A program made the position numbers and the translations under genes. DNA of 62,874 bases, filler included, from Atractiella rhizophila (Eukaryota), in the NCBI GenBank assembly GCA_021432655.1. It is 17 parts of 17 records of this genome, joined end to end, with 100 filler letters (N's around TTAATTAATTAA, not from the genome) between each part and the next. Parts side by side here need not be neighbours in the genome. Positions count along the whole stretch, not along the records: positions 22,553 to 26,189 come from MU272520.1; positions 26,290 to 29,917 come from MU272521.1; positions 30,018 to 33,617 come from MU272522.1; positions 33,718 to 37,311 come from MU272523.1; positions 37,412 to 41,001 come from MU272524.1; 12 more parts are not named here. One strand, given 5' to 3'. The notes under the pieces are model-generated. The model made no database searches. It worked only from the letters and a program-made list of their open reading frames with translations, and was not told the DNA's origin. This document shows, piece by piece, positions 26,096 through 37,465 of the stretch (position 1 is the stretch's first letter; each line of letters opens with the position of its first letter).

Positions 26096-27135
26096 ATCTG
26101 TTGCCTCTGAATGCATGCTAATCTTTCCAAAAGCAGACCTAATACCAACATTTACATTAGTGGATCTGTGAGTAAGTGAAAAGATAGACNNNNNNNNNNN
26201 NNNNNNNNNNNNNNNNNNNNNNNNNNNNNNNNNTTAATTAATTAANNNNNNNNNNNNNNNNNNNNNNNNNNNNNNNNNNNNNNNNNNNNTGTTCGGACTT
26301 CGGAACTGCTTTTGGGGTGAGCCTTTCGTCTTGCTTACCACCTCATTTGGGGTCCTTTCAAAGCTCACAAGCTCTCGTTGGGTCGCAGAACCCTCGCAAG
26401 CCAAACCTCAACGCGTGAGCCTAGAAACCAAACACAACCACGGAGCAGTTTGAGCACCTGAGTGCCCGAAGTGTTGGCATAAAAGACGAAATGCGTTCGA
26501 ATTTCATATAGACCCCGACTCAGACCTTCGAACGCACGTCCAGTCAGAGCGATACCAGAACTGGATCAGCGTGCTTGGACCGCACGCATTTTTTACTGCT
26601 TAGCGGGAAGTAATCTCAACGCCTTTGGTCAAGCGTACCTGTAAACCCATCCCTTCGCCCTAGTTTCTCGCCTCGCCTATCCGCGCCTAGTAGCAAATTG
26701 CGCTCGCAGCGCCTTCCTTCCCGGCTTAGGTACAACGACAACATAATGAATTGGTAGGCGGTCCCTCCCGCTTGAAGAGTCTATGCCGACTCTATTCCTT
26801 GGGTTAGACGACTAAACCAGGACGGCAATGCCCCGAAACCTTGTGAGCTGAAAACGAAAACGGCAAACTGGTTGGCACAGGGTTTTTGCGACAGCGGCCA
26901 AATGGTTTTGTGCATAGGCCTTGAGCAATTTCACGCTTAAAACTAAGTCGCATGTTTATGCAAATGGCAATATCGTACCCGATTCTGAATCTTAGCGAAG
27001 CCTGTAATTATTTTGGGTCTGCTTGCGCGGTTGGAGTAAGATTTCAGCTCGAGATTAGAAGGCTAGGGTCAAGTATTCGCATTTTATTCGTCCTCAATCA
27101 AACAATCAATGAAATTTCTGAGTCGTTCATTTCTT

Positions 27136-28685
27136 TCAGCGGACCAGATGTAGCGCTTGCAAGGTATCTAGGAAGCGGCTCCATGTCTTGTGTAAAGTTT
27201 TCTTTTGTACCCCCTTTCCGAAGCAATGGGTAAGGGCCAATTCTTGTAAACTGGCTGTAAAGGGACCAGTGCAGGGGAACTCCCAATCTGCCAAGGGGAA
27301 GTAACGTAGCTCGAGGACTTGCAAGTGGGATGTTTGTGCAACGAGGTCATAGAACTCCTTGGTGAGACACAAAGGATGTGTCTCTGAGTGAGCATTCCAG
27401 CTGGGCTGCTCCTCCAGGGAGAGTCGCAGAATCTTCAAAGTCCCCTTACAAGCTCGCAAAATTGGGTACAGGAAGGTGTCCAAGGATTCGTTGGGAATGA
27501 AAAGTTCCAAAAGTCTGAAAGTTGGTAGTGGTCGGTTTTGGCGGATGGTGTTGGTTAGGACTCTGCTCACAAATGAATCTCGAACAGTAACTGCCTCGTA
27601 GTCATCATACAACATGCGCAAATCTTGGAGTGAGCTTGGCAGAGCTAGATCTGGAGGGAGATCCATATGGCTTTCAGACATATCGCGCAAGCCTCCGAAA
27701 GATAGCACGAGATCAGTGCGGGCTAAGTCGTAATGTTCGGTATTTTGTGAAGACCAAAGCCTCTCCTCAGAGTCCTCACACGGACTGTGACCGTCAAAAC
27801 TATTGATTGTTTTCAGTCCGTCCATGCATTGGATGAGCTTGATGAATTGTGGTTCAACATCATCAAGAACTTGAAGCTCCGCCAGTGTGGTCTTTCCTTT
27901 CAGCAAGGCGTAGCCGTCACAAACATCGAGGTTGTCGAAAATCGCGGTGAGATTGCTGAAAACTGACAGGATCTGCAGAGAGGTGCACTTTAAAAAAAGC
28001 TTGTAAATCGAAAGACGCTGTAGCAGGTCTGTCTGCGCGGAAGGTATGGCATATCGGAGGTGTTTAACAAATGCAGTGGTCCTAGGGCACTTTTCGAATT
28101 TTCGCAGTAAGGAATGGACGTCTCCCCAGCTGGTAAGGGCCGGCGGAGTGTGATATAGTGCTGTTTGGACCTATGTAACGACGTTCTCTGCTTCAGTAAA
28201 ATTGCCCCACCATTTGAAAGAACACACACCACTCGATACAACGGTCGAGATAAACACAAGAGTTCGAAGGTGTCCTCCTCCCATTCCTGTATGACTTTGT
28301 CGAATATCATTTGTAAAATTTCCGCAGGAAGGTTTTCTAAGCTGCTTGGTGGAGAGGACGCTTGCCCTAACTTCGGTCGAGAAGGGTCAAGGGCTAATGA
28401 ATCAGCTGGGTGCCCAAGTGACATCCGTTCATAGTTCCAGTTCTCTTGGCGCTTTTGACTTGATTCTGACAATCGAACTTCTGCTGGCGATTGTATTAGC
28501 TCTAGCAAGGACTGGTTTTGAATGACGTACTGGAGTTTGTGAGCAAACCGCGACACCAGAGACCAAACCTTTTGCAAGGTTTGGTCTGGCTCCGTACCGT
28601 CAAATTCGACTACTTTCCCCCATTTGAGAAGCCAAGGATCAACCAAAGCGGTGAATTCTGCCAGTGCATCCGCCGCCGAAGTCAT
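27136..28685 (-). CDS. F-box plus LRR-like protein, spliced (3' end uncertain)
   Basis: SLENLPAEILQMIFDKV..LLCLSRPLY; second large exon LPSSLQDLRM, TLKILRLSL, SHLQVLELRY and SLQELAL. Confidence 0.7.
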
Positions 28686-29165
28686 TGTATGGTCAAGTCG
28701 AAAATAAACAAAATGAAAGTGAATCAAAATATGCAGTAGAAAAGTCTCGCCAGCAGCTGCTCTTAAACCCTCCTGACGGCGGACATTCTTTGACATCCTT
28801 GTTTCTAAATCTTGAAAGGGCGCCTTCTCCTGCTCCTTCTATTCAATGACAAGTTTGTCGCTGGAGGTCTTTCAGACAAAGACTAAATTTATCAACAAAA
28901 TGCATCCAATTACAACGATGAAACATGCAGGAAGAACAAGGGCAGAACCTCGATCTACAACGATAGTGGCATGTCAAGCATTGGTGATTCAGGTTATTAA
29001 TCCTCCTGACGCCGGCGTCCACAGAGCCATAGATCCTGTCAATGAGATCCAGAGGCAGATTTCGCTTCCAACCCACGCCATTTGAGCAATGAGATGGGGC
29101 GAGTCTTCCACTGCCCTAACCATCCGGAAACCACACAACAAGTGGCATAAAACACAAATGATATT

Positions 29166-29470
29166 AGGGCTTTGCACCATCACTGTCGAGACGGGTGACG
29201 GGTCCAGGACGGACGGCATTTTTGGCCACCCGTCCCGTCAGCGTCTCAACTTTTAATTTTTTGAAGACGGACGGCATAAATGGACGGGTCTTACCCGTCC
29301 GTCAGCCCTCTCTTGGGCAAACTGGTCGCCCCCAGGGGTTTGTGTAAGCGGCCGGAGGCTGCAAGCGAAAAATGGTTTTGCGCTTCAATTTTGAGAAAAT
29401 TTGCAGCCAAAAAGCAGGTCAAAACTGGTCGACCAGTTTTATCGCCGACCAACTCCGACCCCTTGGGCGA
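29166..29470. repeat. Clustered GACGG/CCGTC motifs and palindromes, likely DNA-transposon terminal sequence
   Basis: About 10 GACGG/CCGTC motifs between TAGGGCT (29166) and AGCCCTC (~29310). Perfect 20-bp palindrome AAAACTGGTCGACCAGTTTT at 29421-29440. Confidence 0.5.
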
Positions 29471-30017
29471 CGGGTCTGCTCAAAACCCTTGGGTGATCGC
29501 TGTACAAAAGTTTAATACCCTCAGGGGCAGCTTGCCTTGCGTTCGTCCACCAATGCCACAAAACTAGACGCAGAGATGCATAATCCGATCGATCAGACTT
29601 TTGTGACAGGTGCCTTGGTTTTAGATAACCAAGAGCAGGATGGGAAGACATGTGCGTTGATTTCCAGCCAACTGGCATGAAGCTAAGTCGTTTCGTCAGC
29701 CGTGGCGCCAAGCACACTGGCAGGAGGGACTGGTTGTGGAAATCATCTGACCATATTTTTAAGCAAATCATTTGTAACCCTAGCCGGTGCTCGCATGTTA
29801 AACATATTTATCTCCCACGATGTATCAGCTCCGTCGCAAAGTCTTTTTCACGAATTTTTGACCTTCGAGCAAGTGCGAGTGTTAAAACCGAAAGGATTTG
29901 GTTTTCATATCGGACCGNNNNNNNNNNNNNNNNNNNNNNNNNNNNNNNNNNNNNNNNNNNNTTAATTAATTAANNNNNNNNNNNNNNNNNNNNNNNNNNN
30001 NNNNNNNNNNNNNNNNN

Positions 30018-31496
30018 CTGGTCCGCTATGTCCACCACCAGGATTTAAATTAGATCTTAAAGGGCGCTTGAAAGGCTGCGAAGTTACGGGAGGTGGATTC
30101 CCCCCCAACGTGGTGGTGGAAGGGCTGTTTCAAAAGTACGCTATCACGGGTAGTGGAACACAGGTTTGGGCATGCAAGTCCGACAATGGGACGTACGGCG
30201 TTATCAAGCACGTATGGCTGGACGAAACTCTTCTGGAAAGGGTGAAGGATAACATCGAGTTGTTCAATCGCTGGAGGAAGGACGTCAAGAAGGGCCAGCT
30301 GCCAGAGTTTGAAGGCCAGAAGCAAGAATGGGGGTGGCTAGAACATGCTCCGCGCGTTCTGCTTTCATTCCCCGGGTACTCGACGAGCGAGATTTTCGAA
30401 AACTACGCAGCGTGGGACAAGAAGAAAAACCCGAGGATTGAGATGAAAGAGCTTATTCCTGTCTTAATGTACCACTCAACTGTCGGCCTTCCTCTTGGAG
30501 CAGCGAAAAATGTCGACGAAGTTTTGGATACATTCATTGGGGTTCTATGGCGTGGGTTCTTTTTGTCTGCTACTGCCGTCACTCAGAAACTCCGACAGAA
30601 CTTGAAACTCTAAATAATCAAGACTTCGTCCACCGTGATGTTTCTTATGCGAATATTTTCATGCGCCAGTTCACACCCGGAAAAGAAGATGAAACCTTCC
30701 CTACCATTGGTTGGTTAAACGATTTTGATTTTTTCCATCAATTTAGCCAAATCCACTCAAGCCCGATCAGCAGAAACAGAACGCGATAACGAGGAGGACG
30801 CTCACATCGAGATCTCCGTCAGTACATTTCATGTTACAATCCATTTAGTGCATATTTTGACATTGCTCGCTCAAGGGAACGTACCCTTATCTTTCTCGAC
30901 GTGCCTTGCAGGCAATCATAAACAAGGAGGATAACATCCTTCCTTTATACAATCAAACGATTTTGGATGACTTGGAGTCGTGTCTCCTCTGCATTTATCG
31001 TTTTTTCTGCGATTTTGTCCCACAGGTGACGGGAGAGACTGGGCCATTCTACCTGCGGACCTGGGATAACAAGAACGACACATCGTTGGGGCAGTCGTCT
31101 GGAATGCTTGTGGGAGGTACTGATCCCACATCCGTCTTGGGTGTCCCACCTCTTCCTCAAAAAGGCCACTCACCGCTTTCTACCTGGTTCGGCCCGACGG
31201 ACGAAGCCTTTCACTCGAAATGTTTCCTTCTGGACACTGCCCAAACCCAAGCCATGTTTAATGCAAATGCTGCTAAACTTCTAGGCAGCAAAGATGTCAA
31301 TTGGAAATGGGATCGAGAGAAGATATTATCACTGCTCTGGAAAGTCTCTCAACCGCTCTTCATTCCAATTGCAAGCATTAGAAGTCTTGCCTCTAACTTC
31401 CTGGAAGGCACTGATCAGAAGGCTGAGGTTAGCACGATAGTAGCTAGGATGGTCAAGGCTTTGAAAGACGGAAAAGAGAGTTTGAAGAAAAAGTAG
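30018..31496 (+). pseudogene. FunK1-type kinase, second near-identical copy with the same frameshift
   Basis: Reverse complement of 5921-7399. L>P (HALR/HAPR) and K>N differences are visible. Confidence 0.85.
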
Positions 31497-33617
31497 TTGT
31501 ACTATGGTGTTGAGAATTAGTAAGATAGAAAAAAAAATTGATGTGGGAGTCAGTCTGCAATTTTAGTTTGGTCAATGCCAAGTTGGGAGGAAATGTACTG
31601 GGTTCCCAACTATATTATCACAGCACCCCTTGACACCTAGACTCTACTACTATTCCTTCGCAACGGAACTGTTCCGTCAGTCAAAGTTGGCTGGGGAACG
31701 GAGTTAGGGTCAGGGCCAGGGTGAGTCCTGTCAGCCCAGTCGCGAGGCTCTGACTGACGGGACGGAACACATCATTGAGTCCCGTCAGCTCGGACGCTAC
31801 GGCCAAAATGGTTTGCGAGGTGGGATCAGCCCCGACACGAACTCGCTCAAACATGCGAGGTTCATCACGAGGGAGGCAAGTTCCCTACCAGTCGCGAAGT
31901 GGGCACTTCGGGTCGCTGGCTGGCTGCAAGGTGCGAAGTGCCTTCCAGTCGCAAAAGGTCAAGTTTGGTTCAGCGATAGCTTGCAATGTGCGAAGTGCCC
32001 CTGTAGTTGTGAGGGAGCAGGCTTGCAAGAGAGTAGATGCGCGAGACAGCGAACTTGTGAGGTGAACCCAAACACTAGGTTGCAAACTCGTGAGACAGCA
32101 ACAAACTCATGAGACAGCTAACTCGTGAGAGAGCAACAAACTCGCAAGATAGCAAACTTGCGAGACTGCAAACACAAGAGAGCAAACTAGCGAGATGGCA
32201 AACCCGTGAGAATGCAAACTCACATGACAGCAAACGCGAGAGAGCAAACCAGTGAGAATGCAAACTCGCGAGACTGCAACAAACTCGCGAGACTGTAAAC
32301 GCGAGACTGCAAACGCGAGACTGCAAATGCGAGAGAGCACACTCGTGAGACAGTAAACCCTCCAGTCGGGAAATGGCCACTTCGGGTGGCTGGCTGGCTG
32401 CAACCTGCGAAGTGTACCTCCAGTAGCAAAATAGCAAGGTCAGATCAGCAACAGGCCGCAACCTGCTAAGTTCAACTGCAGTAACGAAATTTACATTTTG
32501 GATCAGCAATGGGCCACAACTTGCGAAATGCCCTCCAGGTGCGAAATTACCACTTCGGGTGAGCAGCTGACTGTGACCCACCCCCTGTCGCGCAAAATAA
32601 CTAATAACAGTACTTTAGGGTTCAACCCTGCCTCTTTCAGGAATGAGACCTAGGCTGAATCCTTGCCTCCTGGCTGCCCAGGGTACAACACTACCTCTGT
32701 CAAGAACAAGATCCTGGCTACATCCTTGCCTCTTAGGCACCCAGGGTACGACACTGATGCTGTCGGGAACAGGATCCCGCCTACATCCTTGCCTCCTCGC
32801 TGCCTAGGGTACAACCCTGCCTCTTTCAGGAATGAGATCCAGGCTAAATCCTTGCCTCCTGGCAGCCCAGGGTACAACCCTGCCTCTGTCAGGAATAAAA
32901 TCCTGGCTACATCCTTACCTCTTAGGCACCCAGGGTACGACTGTGATGCTGTCGGGAACAGGATCCCACCTACATCCTTGCCTCCTCGCTGCCTAGGGTA
33001 TAAGCCTGCCTGTGTCACAAACAGGATCCTAGCTATATCCTTGTCCCTTCATGCTGCTCAGGTTCCAACCCTGCCTCTGCCAGGAACAGGATCCTGGCTA
33101 TATCCTTGCCTCCTAGGCACCAAGGTGCAACCCTGCCCCAATAAAAACAGCATCAGTACGAAACTGTTGGCTCTTAGTCAACCAGGATAGAACCCTGCCA
33201 TAGATAGGAATAACAATCCAGTCAAAATGTCATGTACGTATAAACACTCACAGGCAACGTCTTCTCTAAGACACATCTTAAAACACTTATCGATTGAAAT
33301 CCTTCCTTCATTGGACAGCGCTGGTTCATATTTGGCATATATGTCCAATTAAACAAAGTACATTCAAAGTTGCAAAATTAATTTATAACAGTTTAGAAAT
33401 GTGTTCTCTGTACGTTATTAACGATAAGTGCAATTTTGGCAAAACTGTGCCAGATCGATGGGTTATCGACACCAGGTATAGAGGGGTCTGAGGGGTGCAA
33501 TTTTGTTGAAAGTGGTCCATGTCGATAGGTTATCGACACCTCGTGTAGAGGGGTCTGAGGGGAGCAATTTTGTTGAAAGTGGTCCATGTCGATAGGTTAT
33601 CGACACCTCGTGTAGAG
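30018..33617. repeat. Whole-contig duplicate (reverse complement) of 3800-7399, including all satellite blocks
   Basis: Paired ORF coordinates sum to 37417 throughout. Only about 7 substitutions were spotted and no indels. Confidence 0.98.
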
Positions 33618-33717
33618 NNNNNNNNNNNNNNNNNNNNNNNNNNNNNNNNNNNNNNNNNNNNTTAATTAATTAANNNNNNNNNNNNNNNNNNNNNNNNNNN
33701 NNNNNNNNNNNNNNNNN

Positions 33718-34330
33718 CTTCTTGTGACAATAATGGTGAATCAGCCTTCAGCGTGCTGAGGGGATCTTGAAGAATGAACTCCAGCGTGTTGCCTCCAAAG
33801 CCGCATTTGCAAACCCCCCCCTCATGTCTGCCTCCTCAGCTTTTAATCTTGACATGGACAATGCGGATGAGGATGAGGATGAGGATGAGGACGATGACTT
33901 CCGGCCAAGAAGAGGCTTAGCACCTCTCCCAAGCTCCACCACACCCTTTGTGCCAGACCTTGAGCATGAAATCAATCAGTTCAACAGAACTGCCCAGCTA
34001 GAAAACAAGCAATCTGCTCTTAAATGGTGGAAGGTATGTTTCTGCTTGGATTGAGATTGCCACCTCATGTTTCAGCACAGGAAAACTGTTGTTTTTCTCT
34101 GTTGGTTTGTTAACCTATGTTTGGCTGAGCTGTTGTAAACGTATGAGCAGCAGAAACACAAGAACAGGTGTTTATATACATGAGAGCTTGTGGCAAATAG
34201 AAACTTCCAGAATGTTCATGAAGAAAGTATTACTAACATTTTACACATCTCCAACAAAAACCACCCTCTCTTCCCGACTCTCTCAAAGATTGCACGCAAT
34301 GTTCTCACTATCCCTGCAACCTCTGTAGGT
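33718..34330 (+). mobile_element. hAT transposase C-terminus interrupted by a solo LTR
   Basis: EINQF..SALKWWK, intron, ENHPLFPTLSKIARNVLTIPATSVG once the insertion is removed. Confidence 0.85.
34087..34256 (-). mobile_element. 170-bp solo LTR with a 5-bp TSD
   Basis: TGTTG...CAACA termini, flanked by AAAAC on both sides (34082-34086 and 34257-34261). Confidence 0.9.
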
Positions 34331-34631
34331 CTCTTTTCATGGGCCTGACATATTAACTCTGAGATGCAAATGGCAATACAGGAGTGCACACTGGCTGAGA
34401 CACTTACAAGCAAGGCTTGCATGCTACATGGAGTTGGGATCCCAGATGAATGGTGTAATTTAGGCATTATAATGCTTAGAATCTAATGTAATTACATTTA
34501 CAGTAAAGCGCATAGCGGAAAGTAATCTTGATTAAATTATAGATAGGGATGGCTTCCGAATTGTATCAGATGCGGAATGGGTCTTTCCGTTTGATGCGAT
34601 TCCTGAGCCGTAATTGAATTGTAGCTGCTAT

Positions 34632-35104
34632 CGTAAGGTTGACGAGATACGGATCTGTAAGCACTGCAAATGCGAGCCACAAAAGCGATGAGAATACATT
34701 TCATTGTTGCTTAAGAGAAATAACTTTGCCTGCAAATGCGAGCCACAAAAGCGATGGGACTCACACTGCAGGGGTCTTGCATATTTGTGAGAAAATATCA
34801 CCGTAGCCCGTCGCCATTCCTTGAGCCAATTATCAAGCAATAGAAGAAGGAGAAAAAGAAAGAGAAAAAGTCACAAGACCAAAATAACGTAGGAAGTAAG
34901 AAATGGGAAGGCGCAAATGTCCATCAAAGGGGAGGGAACTGTTCAGTGGATACGCCTTCGATTGGCTTTCCGGCGGGACCATTTCAATAGGTACGGGTCA
35001 GGCATATCATAATATTTATTATAATGCATTGCAATACCACTAGCTTGTAAGCAGAACACCACAATCCTTAATGGATAGAATGCGCTAACACGAAGGTAAT
35101 TACG
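34632..35104 (-). mobile_element. Candidate solo LTR with an internal 27-bp direct repeat
   Basis: Termini CGTAA...TTACG (TG..CA expected). Flanks GCTAT/GGTAT match at 4 of 5. Repeats at 34664-34690 and 34730-34756, with a pyrimidine tract on the minus strand. Confidence 0.45.
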
Positions 35105-36354
35105 GGTATCGCAAGCTCGTCAACTCTTTCATGTATATTTCACCTCAGCTATCCTCCACCGTCCTCTTTTGCTGATGTACCCTCCTAGACTACTGGTGAT
35201 GGAGTCGGTAGCGGTGTGCACAAGTGACGAGCGGACAAGGACAATCAGCAAGAAGAAGGAAGGGATAGGATGTATTGCGAACAAAATGGTGGATAGTGGA
35301 ACGCGGAGCGTGACAGTGATGGAAAGGGAGGAGGGAAGCAGAGATGTACGAGAGAAGAGGTGACCATCCAGTTCCCTGTCCCTCTTCGCATTTGCGCTTA
35401 ATGAGATGGGTATTAGGTTCCTCCACCCCTCACCCTTCTCCTGCTGCTGCCCGGTTTTGCCTTGGCACTGCTCGACACTCCCACCTTCCCGACTTTCCTT
35501 CACCGCCGGGTCTACGAAGTGATAGAGAGCAGTGTGAGGGAAGCGTGGCAGCCAAAAGGAGAAGCGGGAGCATCGTGTAAGCGCCGTCTTGCATCAGTCT
35601 CAATAACCTCCTTCCGACCTATCCCGCTTTCCTGTAACCCTTGCCCTGCTTCTCTCGCTGCAGCATCCCTCTCTCCGTGCCTCTGTGCTACTCTTGTCAT
35701 CCACCATCCTCTGCTCTTCCAGCAACTTCTGTGCCCTCCGAAAGAAGGGCGAGTAAAATTTGGTGTCAGATCGAGGATGGAGGTGAGACCACGGGTTGGG
35801 ACTGTGAATGGACGTCGCAGAAGCACGAGAGGTTTCTCTCACCCACCTTTACCCTCCCGTTTCACCTGCTCTCCAACATCCCCAAACCAGCTTTAGCCGT
35901 CCCTCACCTCTAATCAACTCGCTTCGGAACTCAACCTCGAAGCGTAGTGAGGACGTGTGATGCGCAAATTGGGCCAGACAGAAGGAAATTCGCCCATCTT
36001 CCAGCCGTGCTGCCGTCTTTCACGCACTCACCCATTCTCTTGCTCTCCACCATTGCCTAGGAACAACTCGGCCTCCACCAAGTTTATCCACCTCCTGTCG
36101 CAGAATGCCCATCTAAAATCTAAAATCATCCCCAGAGCAGGAGAGGCACATCAAATGGCGAAAGGTGAAGAGGGTACGAATTCGAATTCGGTTGGTAAAA
36201 GAAGAAGAACGCCCCAAGGGGTCGGAGTCCATCACAGTTAAACCTGGGCGAAATTGCCCAAAACCAAAAACCCCAGTGGCAAAACGATTTTGGACCTGGT
36301 GGCACTTTTGCAAACCCCTTGGGGCAGCGGCACACATATACTGGAACCGCCATA

Positions 36355-37311
36355 TGTGACCATTCACATCCCTCATCCCTAGTTAGCTGGTGTCCCCTGT
36401 TCTGAAAGAGAATGAGCAAATGGCTCTGCAACATGCCATAAACCCTCCTTGGTCTCAATTGGTAACAGATGGCTTTGAGATGACGGAGTGTATGTGTTGG
36501 AGGTATCCAGTGTGGTATGATCACCGCACACAGGTGTACGTACGAATGGTCAATGACCTGCTCTCCCTAGGTGCTTACCACCAGGGATGAGCAGGTATGA
36601 GTCTCGGATAATAGTCATGCTAGGTGCTTACCACCAGGGATGAGCAGATCTACATGGTAGCGAGAGCAGGTTGGGGAAAAATTTTTCGAAAACGCTGTTG
36701 AATGAACGTTGACAAGTTAATATCTCTGCCCCCATCACCAGCTCCAACCCCTTTTCCTGAGCAGGAAACCGCATCCAGTGAGACCCTGGATCTCATCTTG
36801 GACCACGAGAAAGAGAAGGCGGCGACCGCGACAATGGCGAAAAACTTGATGAGTCCTTGGAGTGGCAGAAAGCTGGAGGCAGGGAACTGGAAATCTTGGT
36901 ATGAAGAGGTTATTCGCTTGGTGGTAGGGAGTGGTTTTGGGGATGTTGTTCTTGAGGAAGGGAGTGGAGGTACACCTAAACCAGAACTTCCTATTTTCGC
37001 GATCGGCGGTTTGAAGGAGAATGCAACCTCGTTTACCTCTAAGATGACCACCTATCAGAAATGAATCTCAAATGATGCGGCTGCCAATACTCGTGACGGA
37101 GAGTGATTGGGATTCGATGGCGAAATTCGTTCTTCCTTGACCTCCTGAAGGCTCAATCAATCCCGCCATGGACGGGGTTGATGGAGAAGGTACTTAATGA
37201 TCCGAAATGGGTGAGGGATTACACCAGTCCGACGTTAAGGGATAAGAAGTTTGAGTCCATGTTAGACGAAATCCTGGATTTCTGTATCAAGCAGTGGGAC
37301 ATGGACTTAAA
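36355..37311 (+). mobile_element. 5' LTR, PBS and gag-like start of an LTR retrotransposon (left boundary uncertain)
   Basis: ...TCTACA at 36654 is followed directly by TGGTAGCGAGAGC (TGGTAGCG is the tRNA-iMet-type PBS of Ty1/Ty3). ORF from 36702 contains KLEAGNWKSWYEEV and an in-frame TGA at 37064. Confidence 0.7.
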
Positions 37312-37465
37312 NNNNNNNNNNNNNNNNNNNNNNNNNNNNNNNNNNNNNNNNNNNNTTAATTAATTAANNNNNNNNNNNNNNNNNNNNNNNNNNNNNNNNN
37401 NNNNNNNNNNNTGGGTTGCGCCTGGCCTTCTGCGACTATAATACTCTGCAACGCGACAGACGACC

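Noticed and set aside
3800..33617. Giant inverted repeat or large TIR element enclosing ~22 kb
   Set aside because: The arms are separate contigs, and their order and orientation are arbitrary.
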